64,000 nt of DNA, taken from the NCBI GenBank assembly GCA_030390025.1, contig CM059432.1, forward strand, positions 68,016,001 to 68,080,000, given 5' to 3'. Positions 37,401 to 51,935 of the stretch are shown piece by piece (the first letter of the stretch is position 1; each line of letters begins with the position of its first letter). Source of the DNA: Squalus acanthias (taxonomy: Eukaryota). Made by a program: the position numbers and the translations under genes. The notes under the pieces are model-generated. The model worked only from the letters and a program-made list of their open reading frames with translations, searched no databases and was not told the DNA's origin.

Positions 37401-38070
37401 CATTTTACCTCTCCTCCCACATCCCATTCAACCTTTCCTCTCACATCCCATTCTACCTCTCCTCACACTTCCCCTTCTACCTCTCCTCACACATCCCATT
37501 CTACCTCTCCTCACACATCCTATTCTACCTCTCCTCTCACATCCCATTCTACCTCTCCTCACACATCCCATTCTACCTCTCCTCACACATCCCATTCTAC
37601 CTCTCCTCTCACATCCCATTCTACCTCTCCTCTCACATCCCATTCTACCTCTCCTCCCACATCCCATTCTACCTCTCCTCACATCCCATTCTACCTCTCC
37701 TCACACAGCCCATTTTACCTCTCGTCCCACAACCCGTTCAAACTTTCCTCTCACATCCCATTCTACCTCTCCTCACATCCCATTCTACCTCTCCTCCCAC
37801 ATCCCATTCTACCTCTCCTCACACATCCCATTCTACCTCTCCTCACACATCCCATTCTACCTCTAGTCACACATCCCATTCTACCTCTCCTCACACATCA
37901 CATTCTACCTCTCCTCACACATACCATTCTACCTCTCCTCACACATCCCATTCTACCTCTCCTCTCACACGTCCCATTCTACCCCTCCTCTCACATCCCA
38001 TTCTACCTCTCCTCACAAATCCCATTCTACCTCTACTCCCACATCCTAATCTACCTCTCCTCACACATCC

Positions 38071-38505
38071 ATAGAAACATAGAAACATAGAATCTAGGAG
38101 CAGGAGTAGGCCATTCGGCCCGTCGAGCCTGCTCCGCCATTCAATACGATCATGGCTGATCATCCAAATCCAGTACCCTGTCCCTGCTTTAATCCCCACA
38201 GTACACATATCCCACCCTACCCCCGTAACCCCACGTATTTAATTCCCCCTAACATATCCCATCCTATCCCCATAACCCCACATATTTAATCCCCCCTAAC
38301 ACTAAGGGTCAATTTATCATAGCCAAATCAACCTAACCCACACATTTTTGGACTGTGGGAGGAAACCGGAGCACCCGGAGGAAACCCACGCAGACACGGG
38401 GAGAATGTGCAAACTCCACACAGACAGTCACCCGAGTTCAGATTCGAACCCGGGTCTCTGGCGCTGTGAGGCAATAGTGCTAACCACTATGCCACCGTGT
38501 TGCCC
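38071..38505 (-). mobile_element. HE1-like V-SINE in array, copy 1
   Basis: Homologous to 27317-27763. Confidence 0.9.
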
Positions 38506-40036
38506 ATTCTACCTCTCCGCACACATCCCATTCTACCACTCCTCACACATCCCATTCTACCTCTCCTCTCACACATCCCATTCTACCTCTCCTCACACAT
38601 CCCATTCTACCTCTCCTCACATCCCATTCTACCTCTCCTCACATCCCATTCTACCTCTCCTCACAAATCTCATTCTACCTCTCCTCACACATCCCATTCT
38701 ACCTCTCCTCCCACATCTCATTCTTCCTCTCCTCACACATCTCATTCTACCTCTCCTCACACATCCCATTCTACCTCTCCTCACACATCCCATTCTACCT
38801 CTCCTCACACATCCCATTCTACCTCTACTCACGCATCCCATTCTACCTCTACTCACACATCCCATTCTACCTCTACTCACGCATCCCATTCTACCTCTAC
38901 TCACACATCTCATTCTACCTCTACTCACGCATCCCATTCTACCACTACTCACACATCCCATTCTACCTCTACTCACACATCTCATTCTACCTCTACTCAC
39001 GCATCCCATTCTACCGCTACTCACACATCCCATTCTACCTCTACTCACACATCTCATTCTACCTCTCCTCACACATCCCATTCTACCTCTCCTCACACAT
39101 CCCATTCTACCTCTCCTCACACATCCCATTCTACCTCTACTCACGCATCCCATTCTACCTCTCCTCACACATCTCATTCTACCTCTCCTCACTCATTCCA
39201 TTCTTCCTCTCCTCCCACATCCCAAACTACCTCTCCTCCCACATCTCATTCTTCCTCTCCTCACACATCTCATTCTTCCTCTCCTCACACATCCCATTCT
39301 ACCTCTCCTCTCACATCCCATTCTACCTCTCCTCTCACATCCCATTCTACCTCTACTCACGCATCCCATTCTACCTCTCCTCACACATCTCATTCTACCT
39401 CTCCTCACTCATTCCATTCTTCCTCTCCTCCCACATCCCAAACTACCTCTCCTCCCACATCTCATTCTTCCTCTCCTCACACATCCCATTCTACCTCTCC
39501 TCACACATCCCATTCTACCTCTCCTCTCACATCCCATTCTACCTCTCCTCTCACATCCCATTCTACCTCTCCTCCCACATCCCATTCTACCTCTCCTCAC
39601 ATCCCATTCTACCTCTCCTCACACAGCCCATTTTACCTCTCGTCCCACAACCCGTTCAAACTTTCCTCTCACATCCCATTCTACCTCTCCTCACATCCCA
39701 TTCTACCTTTCCTCTCACATCCCATTCTACCTCTCCTCACACATCCCATTCTACCTCTCCTCCCACATCCCATTCTACCTCTCCTCACACATCCCATTCT
39801 ACCTCTCCTCACACATCCCATTCTACCTCTAGTCACACATCCCATTCTACCTCTCCTCACACATCACATTCTACCTCTCCTCACACATACCATTCTACCT
39901 CTCCTCACACATCCCATTCTACCTCTCCTCTCACACGTCCCATTCTACCCCTCCTCTCACATCCCATTCTACCTCTCCTCACACATCCCATTCTACCTCT
40001 ACTCCCACATCCTAATCTACCTCTCCTCACACATCC

Positions 40037-40471
40037 ATAGAAACATAGAAACATAGAATCTAGGAGCAGGAGTAGGCCATTCGGCCCGTCGAGCCTGCTC
40101 CGCCATTCAATACGATCATGGCTGATCATCCAAATCCAGTACCCTGTCCCTGCTTTAATCCCCACAGTACACATATCCCACCCTACCCCCGTAACCCCAC
40201 GTATTTAATTCCCCCTAACATATCCCATCCTATCCCCATAACCCCACATATTTAATCCCCCCTAACACTAAGGGTCAATTTATCATAGCCAAATCAACCT
40301 AACCCACACATTTTTGGACTGTGGGAGGAAACCGGAGCACCCGGAGGAAACCCACGCAGACACGGGGAGAATGTGCAAACTCCACACAGACAGTCACCCG
40401 AGTTCAGATTCGAACCCGGGTCTCTGGCGCTGTGAGGCAATAGTGCTAACCACTATGCCACGGTGTTGCCC
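40037..40471 (-). mobile_element. HE1-like V-SINE in array, copy 2
   Basis: Copy 1 shifted by 1966 bp, with the same junctions. Confidence 0.9.
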
Positions 40472-42002
40472 ATTCTACCTCTCCGCACACATCCCATTCT
40501 ACCACTCCTCACACATCCCATTCTACCTCTCCTCTCACACATCCCATTCTACCTCTCCTCACACATCCCATTCTACCTCTCCTCACATCCCATTCTACCT
40601 CTCCTCACATCCCATTCTACCTCTCCTCACAAATCTCATTCTACCTCTCCTCACACATCCCATTCTACCTCTCCTCCCACATCTCATTCTTCCTCTCCTC
40701 ACACATCTCATTCTACCTCTCCTCACACATCCCATTCTACCTCTCCTCACACATCCCATTCTACCTCTCCTCACACATCCCATTCTACCTCTACTCACGC
40801 ATCCCATTCTACCTCTACTCACACATCCCATTCTACCTCTACTCACGCATCCCATTCTACCTCTACTCACACATCTCATTCTACCTCTACTCACGCATCC
40901 CATTCTACCGCTACTCACACATCCCATTCTACCTCTACTCACACATCTCATTCTACCTCTACTCACGCATCCCATTCTACCGCTACTCACACATCCCATT
41001 CTACCTCTACTCACACATCTCATTCTACCTCTCCTCACACATCCCATTCTACCTCTCCTCACACATCCCATTCTACCTCTCCTCACACATCCCATTCTAC
41101 CTCTACTCACGCATCCCATTCTACCTCTCCTCACACATCTCATTCTACCTCTCCTCACTCATTCCATTCTTCCTCTCCTCCCACATCCCAAACTACCTCT
41201 CCTCCCACATCTCATTCTTCCTCTCCTCACACATCTCATTCTTCCTCTCCTCACACATCCCATTCTACCTCTCCTCTCACATCCCATTCTACCTCTCCTC
41301 TCACATCCCATTCTACCTCTACTCACGCATCCCATTCTACCTCTCCTCACACATCTCATTCTACCTCTCCTCACTCATTCCATTCTTCCTCTCCTCCCAC
41401 ATCCCAAACTACCTCTCCTCCCACATCTCATTCTTCCTCTCCTCACACATCCCATTCTACCTCTCCTCACACATCCCATTCTACCTCTCCTCTCACATCC
41501 CATTCTACCTCTCCTCTCACATCCCATTCTACCTCTCCTCCCACATCCCATTCTACCTCTCCTCACATCCCATTCTACCTCTCCTCACACAGCCCATTTT
41601 ACCTCTCGTCCCACAACCCGTTCAAACTTTCCTCTCACATCCCATTCTACCTCTCCTCACATCCCATTCTACCTTTCCTCTCACATCCCATTCTACCTCT
41701 CCTCACACATCCCATTCTACCTCTCCTCCCACATCCCATTCTACCTCTCCTCACACATCCCATTCTACCTCTCCTCACACATCCCATTCTACCTCTAGTC
41801 ACACATCCCATTCTACCTCTCCTCACACATCACATTCTACCTCTCCTCACACATACCATTCTACCTCTCCTCACACATCCCATTCTACCTCTCCTCTCAC
41901 ACGTCCCATTCTACCCCTCCTCTCACATCCCATTCTACCTCTCCTCACACATCCCATTCTACCTCTACTCCCACATCCTAATCTACCTCTCCTCACACAT
42001 CC

Positions 42003-42437
42003 ATAGAAACATAGAAACATAGAATCTAGGAGCAGGAGTAGGCCATTCGGCCCGTCGAGCCTGCTCCGCCATTCAATACGATCATGGCTGATCATCCAAA
42101 TCCAGTACCCTGTCCCTGCTTTAATCCCCACAGTACACATATCCCACCCTACCCCCGTAACCCCACGTATTTAATTCCCCCTAACATATCCCATCCTATC
42201 CCCATAACCCCACATATTTAATCCCCCCTAACACTAAGGGTCAATTTATCATAGCCAAATCAACCTAACCCACACATTTTTGGACTGTGGGAGGAAACCG
42301 GAGCACCCGGAGGAAACCCACGCAGACACGGGGAGAATGTGCAAACTCCACACAGACAGTCACCCGAGTTCAGATTCGAACCCGGGTCTCTGGCGCTGTG
42401 AGGCAATAGTGCTAACCACTATGCCACCGTGTTGCCC
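42003..42437 (-). mobile_element. HE1-like V-SINE in array, copy 3
   Basis: Copy 2 shifted by 1966 bp, with the same junctions. Confidence 0.9.
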
Positions 42438-45400
42438 ATTCTACCTCTCCGCACACATCCCATTCTACCACTCCTCACACATCCCATTCTACCTCTCCTC
42501 TCACACATCCCATTCTACCTCTCCTCACACATCCCATTCTACCTCTCCTCACATCCCATTCTACCTCTCCTCACATCCCATTCTACCTCTCCTCACAAAT
42601 CTCATTCTACCTCTCCTCACACATCCCATTCTACCTCTCCTCCCACATCTCATTCTTCCTCTCCTCACACATCTCATTCTACCTCTCCTCACACATCCCA
42701 TTCTACCTCTCCTCACACATCCCATTCTACCTCTCCTCACACATCCCATTCTACCTCTACTCACGCATCCCATTCTACCTCTACTCACACATCCCATTCT
42801 ACCTCTACTCACGCATCCCATTCTACCTCTACTCACACATCTCATTCTACCTCTACTCACGCATCCCATTCTACCGCTACTCACACATCCCATTCTACCT
42901 CTACTCACACATCTCATTCTACCTCTACTCACGCATCCATTCTACCGCTACTCACACATCCCATTCTACCTCTACTCACACATCTCATTCTACCTCTCCT
43001 CACACATCCCATTCTACCTCTCCTCACACATCCCATTCTACCTCTCCTCACACATCCCATTCTACCTCTACTCACGCATCCCATTCTACCTCTCCTCACA
43101 CATCTCATTCTACCTCTCCTCACTCATTCCATTCTTCCTCTCCTCCCACATCCCAAACTACCTCTCCTCCCACATCTCATTCTTCCTCTCCTCACACATC
43201 TCATTCTTCCTCTCCTCACAATTCTCATTCTTCCTCTCCTCACACATCTCATTCTACCTCTCCTCACACATCCCATTCTACCTCTCCTCACACATCCCAT
43301 TCTACCTCTCCTCACACATCCCATTCTACCTCTACTCACGCATCCCATTCTACCTCTACTCACACATCCCATTCTACCTCTACTCACGCATCCCATTCTA
43401 CCTCTACTCACACATCTCATTCTACCTCTACTCAGGCATCCCATTCTACCGCTACTCACACATCCCATTCTACCTCTACTCACACATCTCATTCTACCTC
43501 TCCTCACACATCCCATTCTACCTCTCCTCACACATCCCATTCTACCTCTCCTCACACATCCCATTCTACCTCTACTCACGCATCCCATTCTACCTCTCCT
43601 CACACATCTCATTCTACCTCTCCTCACTCATTCCATTCTTCCTCTCCTCCCACATCCCAAACTACCTCTCCTCCCACATCTCATTCTTCCTCTCCTCACA
43701 CATCTCATTCTTCCTCTCCTCACAATTCTCATTCTACCTCTCCATACACATCCCATTCTACCTCTCCTCACACATCCCAATCTAACTCTCCTCACACATC
43801 CCATTCTAGCTCTCCTCACACATCTCATTCTTCCTCTCCTCATACATCTCATTCTACCTCTCCTCACACATCCCAATCTATCTCTCCTCACACATCCCAT
43901 TCTAGCTCTCCTCACACATCCCATTCTACCTCTCCTCACACATCCCAATCTAACTCTCCTCACACATCCCATTCTACCTCTCCTCACACATCCCATTCTA
44001 CCTCTCCTCACACATCTCATTCTTCCTAACCTCATACATCTCATTCTACCTCTCCTCACACATCCCAATCTAACTCTCCTCACACATCCCATTCTACCTC
44101 TCCTCGCACATCCCATTCTACCTCTCCTCACATCCCATTCTACCTGTCCTCACATCCCATTCTAGCTATACTCACACATCCCATTCTACCTCTCCTCACA
44201 CATCCCATTCTACCTCTCCTCACATCCCATTCTACCTCTCCTCACATCCCATTCTACCTCTACTCACACATCCCATTCTACCTCTCCTCCCACATCCCAT
44301 TCTACCTCTCCTCACATCCCATTCTACCTCTCCTCCCACATCCCATTCTATTTCTCCTCACACATCTCATTCTACCTCTCCTCACATCCCATTCTACCTT
44401 TCCTCACACATCCCATTCTACCTCTCCTCACACATCCCATTCTACCTCTCCTCACACATCCCATTCTACCTCTCCTCGCACATCCCATTCTACCTCTCCT
44501 CACATCCCATTCTACCTCTCCTCACACATCCCATTCTACCTCTCCTCACACATCCCATTCTACCTCTCCTCCCACATCCCATTCTACCTCTCCTCACATC
44601 CCATTCTACCTCTCCTCCCACATCCCATTCTACCTCTCCTCACATCCCATTCTACCTCTCCTCACACATCCCATTCTACCTCACCTCACTCATCCCATTC
44701 TACCTCTCCTCACACATCCCATTCTACCTCTCCTCCCACGTCCCATTCTACCTCTCCTCACATCTTATTCTACCTCTCCTCACATCCCATTCTACCTCTC
44801 CTCACACATCCCATTCTACCTCTCCTCACATCCCATTCTACCTCTCCTCACATCCCATTCTACCTCTCCTCACACATCCCATTCTACCTCTCCTCCAACA
44901 TCCCATTCTACCTCTCCTCACATCTTATTCTACCTCTCCTCACCCATCCCATTCTACCTCTCCTCTCACATCCCATTCTACCTCTCCTCACATCCCATTC
45001 TCCCTCTCCTCACACATTTCATTCTACCTCTACTCGCACATCCCATTCTACCTCTCCTCACCCATCCCATTCTACCTCTCCTCACATATCTCATTCTTCC
45101 TCTCCTCACACATCTCATTCTACCTCTCCTCACACATCCCATTCTATCTCTCCTCACACATCCCATTCTACCTCTCCTCACACATCCCATTCTACCTCTA
45201 CTCACACATCCCATTCTACCTCTACTCACACATCCCATTCTACCTCTACTCACACATCCCAATCTACCTCTACTTCCACATCCCATTCTACCTCTCCTCA
45301 CACATCCCATTCTATCTCTCCTCACACATCCCATTCTACCTCTACTCACACATCTCATTCTTCCTCTCCTCATACATCTCATTCTACCTCTCCTCACACA

Positions 45401-46008
45401 TCCCATTCTACCTCTCCTCGCACATCCCATTCTACCTCTCCTCACATCCCATTCTACCTCTCCTCACATCCCATTCTAGCTCTACTCACACATCACATTC
45501 TACCTCTACTCACACATCCCATTCTACCTCTCCTCCCACATCCCATTCTACCTCTCCTCACATCCCATTCTACCTCTCCTCCCACATCCCATTCTGCCTC
45601 TCCTCACATCCCATTGTACCTCTCCTCACACATCCCATTCTACCTCGCCTCACTCATCCCATTCTACCTCTCCTCACACATCTCATTCTACCTCTCCTCA
45701 TACATCCCATTCTACCTCTCCTCACACATCCCATTCTACCTCTCCTCTCACATCCCATTCTACCTTTCCTCTCACATCCCATTCTACTCTCCTCACACAT
45801 CTCATTCTACCTTTCTTCTCACATCCCATTCTACTCTCCTCACACATCCCATTCTACCTTTCCTCACACATCCCATTCTACCTCTCCTCACACATCCCAT
45901 TCTACCTTTCCTCACACATCCCATTCTACCTCTCCTCACACATCCCATTCTACCTCTCCTCACAAATCCCATTCTACCTCTCCTCACACATCCCATTCTA
46001 CCTCTCCT

Positions 46009-47252
46009 AGAAACATTGAAACATAGAAGATAGGAGCAGGAGTAGGCCATTCGGCCCCTCGAGCCTGCTCCGCCATTCGATGAGATCATGGCGGATCATC
46101 CAAACCCTGTACCTGCCTTCTCACCATATCCCTTGATACCTTTAGCTTTAAGAAAAACATCTAACTCATTCTTGAATATATTTAATGACTTGTCCTCAAC
46201 TACCTTCTGTGGTAGAGAATTCCACAGGTTCACCACTCTCTGGGTGAAGAAATTCTTCCTCATTTCTGTCCTAAATGCCTTACCCGTTATCCGTAGACTA
46301 TGACCCCTGGTTCTAGACTCTCCGACCATCGGGAACATTCTTCCTGCATCTAGTTTGTCCAGACCTGTCAGAATTTTATATGTTTCGATGAGATCCCCTC
46401 TCATTCTTCTATACTCCAGCGAGTATAAGCCCAATCGACCCAATCTCTCCTCATATGTCATTCCTGCCATCCCAGGTATCAGCCTTGTGAATCTTCGCTG
46501 AACTCCTTCCATGGCAGGAACATCCTTCCTCAGATAAGGCGACCAAAACTGCACACAGTACTCAAGGTGTGATCTCCCCCTGGCCCTGTACAACTGCAGC
46601 AGGACATCCCTGTTCCTATACTCAAACCCTTTCGCTATGAAGGCCAACATACCATTTGCCTTCTTCACCGCCTGCTGCACCTGCATGCTTACCTTCAGCG
46701 ACTGATGCACAAGGACACCCAGGTCTCATAGTTCTTCCCCTTCTCCCAATCTATTGCCATTCAGATAATAGTCTGCCTTTCTGTTTTTGACGCCAAAGTG
46801 GATAACCTCGCATTTATCCACGTTATATTGCATCTTCCACGCTTCTGCCCACTCACCCAACCTGTCCAAATCATCCTGGAGCTTCTCGGTATCCTCCTCG
46901 CAGCACACACGCCCACCCAGCTTTGTGTCATCTGCAAACTTAGAGATATTACATTTAGTTCCCTTATCTAGATCATTAATGTATATCACTGTATATTGTG
47001 ATTAGCTGGGTTCCAAGGACCGATCCCTGCGGTACCCCACTAGTCACTGCCTGCCACTCGGAAAAAGATCCATTAATTCCTACTCTCTGCTTTCTGTCCG
47101 CCAACCAGTTCTCTATCCAAGTCAATACCTTGCCCCCAATCCCATGTGCCTTAACTTTACATGCTAATCTCTTATGCGGGACCTTATCGAAAGCCTTTTG
47201 AAAGTCCAAATACACCACATCTACTGGTTCTCCCTTATCTATTTTTACAGTT
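46009..47252 (-). mobile_element. 5'-truncated CR1 LINE inserted in the array
   Basis: 'YLDFQKAFDKVPH', 'GVPQGSVLG', '[10 protein letters not shown]', 'HLEYCVQFWSP' and a CR1 tail. Confidence 0.92.
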
Positions 47253-49226
47253 ACACATCCCATTCTACCTCTCCTCACACATCCCATTCTACCTTTCCTC
47301 TCACATCTCATTCTACTTCTCCTCACACATCCCATTCTACCTCTCCTCACACATCCCATTCTTCCTTTCCTCACACATCACATTCTACTTCCCCTCACAC
47401 ATCCCATTCTACCTCTCCTCACACATCCCATTCTATCTCTCCACACACATAGAGCGATAGTGTCATACAGCACAGAAAGAGGCCCTTCGGCCCACACATC
47501 CCATTCTACCTCTTCTCACACATCCCATTCTACCTCTCCTTACCCATCCCATTCTACCTCTCCTCACACATCTTATTCTACCTTTACTCACACATCCCAT
47601 TCTACCTCTCCTTACCCATCCCATTCTACCTCTACTCACACATCCCATTCTACCTTTACTCACACAACCCATTCTACCTCTCCTCACACATCTCATTCTA
47701 CCTCTCCTTACCCATCCCATTCTACCTCTCCTCACACATCTTATTCTACCTTTACTCACACATCCCATTCTACCTCTCCTTACCCATCCCATTCTACCTC
47801 TACTCACACATCCCATTCTACCTTTACTCACACAACCCATTCTACCTCTCCTCACACATCTCATTCTACCTCTCCTCACACATCCCATTCTACCTCTCCT
47901 CACACATCCCATTCTACCTCTCCTTACACATCCCATTCTACCTCTCCTCACACATCCCATTCTACCGCTCCTCACACATCCCATTCTACCTCTCCGCACA
48001 CATCCCATTCTACCTCTCCTTACCCATCCCATTCTACCTCTCCTCACACATCCCATTCTACCTTTCCTCACACATCCCATTCTACCTCTCCTCACACATC
48101 CCATTCTACCTCTCCTCACACATCCCATTCTACCTCTCCTCCCACATCCCATTCTACCTTTCCTCACACATCCCATTCTACCTCTCCTCACACATCCCAT
48201 TCTACCTCTCCTCACACATCCCATTCTACCTCTCCTCACACATCCCATTCTACCTCTCCTCACACATCTCATTCTACCTCTACTCCCACATCCCATTCTA
48301 CCTCTCCTCACACTTCCCATTCTACCTCTCCTCACACATCCCATTCTACCTCTCCTCACACATCCCATTCTACCTCTCCTCACACATCCCATTCTACCTC
48401 TCCTCACACTTCCCCTTCTACCTCTCCTCACACATCCCATTCTACCTCTCCTCACACATCCCATTCTACCTCTACTCACACATCCCATTCTACCTCTCCT
48501 CACACATTGTAGAAATATGAACTGGTGAATTGTGGAAAAAGGTTGCTTTTAGAAAATGGTCGAGGACTGCGAAAACTGCAGCCACAGTGAGATATCAAAT
48601 AAACAAAACCTTGAAGCTGGGGGCCTAGGGCTGCTCAAATAACATAGTTAACAGGCCTGCAAGAGATGACAAGCTTGCAGGATGATCGAGTCTACGACAA
48701 TAATTAACTCAAGATAAGGGTGACAATCTAGTCTAACGGTTGAGCAGCCACAAATCACATAATAAGGGACCTCTGGAATTCCCTAAACTACCAAGGGTAC
48801 CGATTGGCTATGGATGAACACATCTCAGACAAAATGGCCGAACCTGCACAAGGCACATAGGTAGTCAAAATATCGATATAAAAGAAGGGAGCCAAGAGCT
48901 ATTTTAGCAGCGAGAACCTAGGAATCACACTTGAGAAGGGAGGAGCCACACGTCCGAGACTTGTTGTAGGACACCAGCGTGAAGGCTGATCAACTTTCAA
49001 ATGGGTAATATTGTTTTAAGCTAGCACACATTTGAAGTGAGCCCTGTGTCATTTTCCTTGTAAGTTATTCAAACAACTTGTTAACCAATAAAGTACTGAA
49101 TGTATGCAACTTATTGAGTCTGACCGACATTTAGCACACTGAACTAAGAACCATAATTGTTGAACTGTTGTTGTGCTGACTACTTGTTACTAGCTCAATA
49201 GATACAGTGAATTCAGGACAACAAAC

Positions 49227-49244
49227 TGGCGACCGTGGCAGGAC
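49227..49244 (+). promoter_or_regulatory. Primer-binding site, probably tRNA-Arg(TCG)
   Basis: TGGCGACCGTGGCAGGAC, 3 nt after the LTR. It differs at one position from the complement of the vertebrate tRNA-Arg(TCG) 3' end as I recall it. Confidence 0.7.
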
Positions 49245-51339
49245 TTTTGACTTGAGAACTGGGACTTTTGAAGAAGGACAAATTATGAGTGTCAAACGGA
49301 ACGAGTCAGTTACCTTAAAAATAGATGCTTGAGAAGTGGGACTTTTCAAGAAGGATAAATTAAGAGTGTCAAACGGAACGAGTTGGAATCTTAAAAATAA
49401 GACGCTACATTACGGGATAACAATGGCGAGTAATAAAGGGGAGACCTCCCAGATTTGGGAAGAACAGTATAATAAATTAATGGTCAGAAATGATAAAAAC
49501 TGTGCACTCACCGCAGGTAGAGTATGACCCACCCAGAATACGGGACAAAGGTTTATGGAAACCTCCGTAACCAGTACAGGAAAGAAAATAAAGAAAAGGG
49601 AATATAAATACTTCCTAATGGTGGCCTGTCATCTTAAATCAGTAAATGAACAAAATTTGGCCCAAGAAGCGAAAGATGAGCTGGAAAGGGTAAAAAGCCA
49701 GCTGACCGATGATTCTGAAACCTATAGGAAAAATATTGAGGAGTTAAAAAGGGAGGTGAGTGAGCTCCGAGATGAGAAGCGATTACATACCCTCCACATG
49801 GCTGCCAGCATGACGACTGTAGATTTGAGCAACTCCCGAATTCAAAAATATAAAACCCAGGTAGAGCAATTACAGATGGAGCGACATGCCTTAGAAGGTA
49901 AATGTCAGGATTTAAAATCAGCCCTTAGGGTAATACAACAGTCCCACCAACGGGAGAAATATGTGCATGCCGACCATACCCGTTGTAATAAAGACATTGA
50001 GGGATTAAAATCACAGTTGTCCTGACTAAAAGGGGTAATTTGCGCCTTTTCAGACGAAGGGGATGCCGATATAGACTACTCAAGTCTAGCTGAGGCTGCT
50101 CACGCATATGATCAACGGAAAAGGGAGGACTGGCCTGAGCCAGAGGAGAAAGGGAGACCACCACCCTACGCCTCCGAACCGCCTGATAAAACTCCAACTC
50201 CGGAGCTACCCATGAACCCCATGGTAACAACTCGAACCCCAGGGCAAAATGCCAATGACCCCATCAGCTATTCTACCCCGTTTAGTCTTTCCCAACTAAA
50301 CGACATTGCTAAGAATGTCCCGAAATACGATGGGAAAACTAGTTTTGAGTTATGGAAAGCCGCTGAAACCCAGGGTTTAGATGACGGGGGACTAAGGAAA
50401 TTGATAACCCTGTGTCTGGGACCGATTATTTATGGGGGCTTGACACAAGAACAGAAAAAAGGAGGAGGTACCACAGCAGAACTCTGGGCTGCGGTACGCG
50501 AGGTAGCAGGGATAAATAGTAAGGACCCTGTGATGGAATTAGCAAGTTTTAAACAGGCCACTGGGGAACACCCCCGCGCCTATGCAGAATGCCTTTGGAT
50601 AGTTTTCTGCAATGTCTTTGGAACACTGGAGCATGACGACTTGGATGATACCCAAAAACCACTGTTGCTAAAGTCCATCATCTCGCACTCTTCTGAACAT
50701 GGCCAAGAGGCCTGTAGAATGTTTGACCCTAATGAGGCCACTCACAATGAAGCTTGGGTCTTAAGACGAATGATTATGGCCTGGCAAAACGACCAAAATA
50801 AACCCCCGTCCCAGCAAAAAGGGAAGGTGCATGCGTTTCAGCGGATTCAAGGGAGGAATGGTCCTCCAACATGGAAGACTGAGGGACCACCGGGATACAC
50901 AGGAGGGAACCAAGAGTACTCGGGAATTGGAGTGTTGGAGTAAAAGTGAGATGGTTACCTGAAACAAAGGGACTCTGTGAAACAAAATGGACTCTGTGAA
51001 AAGACATTAAAATGTGCTAACCAACCTTGAGCTACCTCCTGTCATTGCATGAAACTACAGAATAGACAAAAGCCAGACCACCAAGGTCCAGATAACGGTT
51101 GTTCTTAAAGGAATGTAATTGGAGGTCATTGTTGCTAGGGGGGAATAATTGGCTAAAGTGTAACTAACCAAGACTGCTGTGCTTGTGGAATGTATAAAAA
51201 GAAGCACAACAGCCATTTTAAATTGAGAAGGTGACTGCGTGCACTGCGGAGTGCCAAGTACTTCTCCCAAAGCTTTGTTCAATAAACTGCATGTTGAATC
51301 TTTAAGTCTGACTCCGAGTGGTGATTTCCCACAACAAAT

Positions 51340-51357
51340 TGGCGTCACGAACAGGAT
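51340..51357 (+). promoter_or_regulatory. Primer-binding site, probably tRNA-Ser(CGA)
   Basis: TGGCGTCACGAACAGGAT, complementary to a vertebrate tRNA-Ser(CGA) 3' end as I recall it. Confidence 0.75.
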
Positions 51358-51935
51358 CTCACTGCTGGTGAGTTGATCGGTTGGCCTCGATCGGCGAACT
51401 GGAGTAGAGATTATTGAACTGTGGGAGTCAGACTGAGCCAACAATGCAGTTAAAAACGGGTAAAAATTAGGGGAATTTATGGGACTATCGGATAGAAACG
51501 GGAATTGATTGCTTGTGCTGATCGACTAAGGACAAGGAAGTGCCAGTCTCAAACGCGCAGCCTTAGACTGCTTGTTAAGAGGGGAAATCCCCCACGCGAT
51601 GGTCAGGACCATAAAGTGGGCGTAGAGGCACCAAGGCACTTAGGATGGTGAAGCACAAGTAGTAAGGACCATTCGGCATCAAACTCTGTAGTGGCGAACA
51701 AACACAGAGGTACATAAAGTATAAGAATTCGCGAGTGTGTACTGTCTGTAGTTTTAAGCGGTGCGGTAAGGAGCTGATCACCCTGACCTAGAGCCGGACT
51801 CCGGTGGAGGAAACACGTTGCTGAGACGGTAATCGTGGCCGTGAGTATAAACAGAAACCCCAACGAGGGGGCTTAAAAGCCTGCAAGAGAGGGGGCTTAA
51901 AAGCCTGCAAGAGAGGGGGTTTAAAAGCCTGCAAG

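Larger units (their letters stand above)
28690..48507. repeat. ~20 kb minisatellite array, 24-bp unit CACATCCCATTCTACCTCTCCTCA with 22-bp variants
   Basis: Directly visible, with hundreds of copies and a nearly G-free + strand. Confidence 0.99.

Noticed and set aside
28690..48507. CRISPR-like array
   Set aside because: Units are head-to-tail with no unique spacers, there are no cas genes, and the context is vertebrate.
28485..48512. Long repetitive ORFs (HPILPLLT, TSHSTSPH, RRGRMGCV; up to 1078 aa)
   Set aside because: They arise because the 24-bp unit is stop-free in several frames. Frames switch at every 22-bp variant, so there is no sign of coding constraint.
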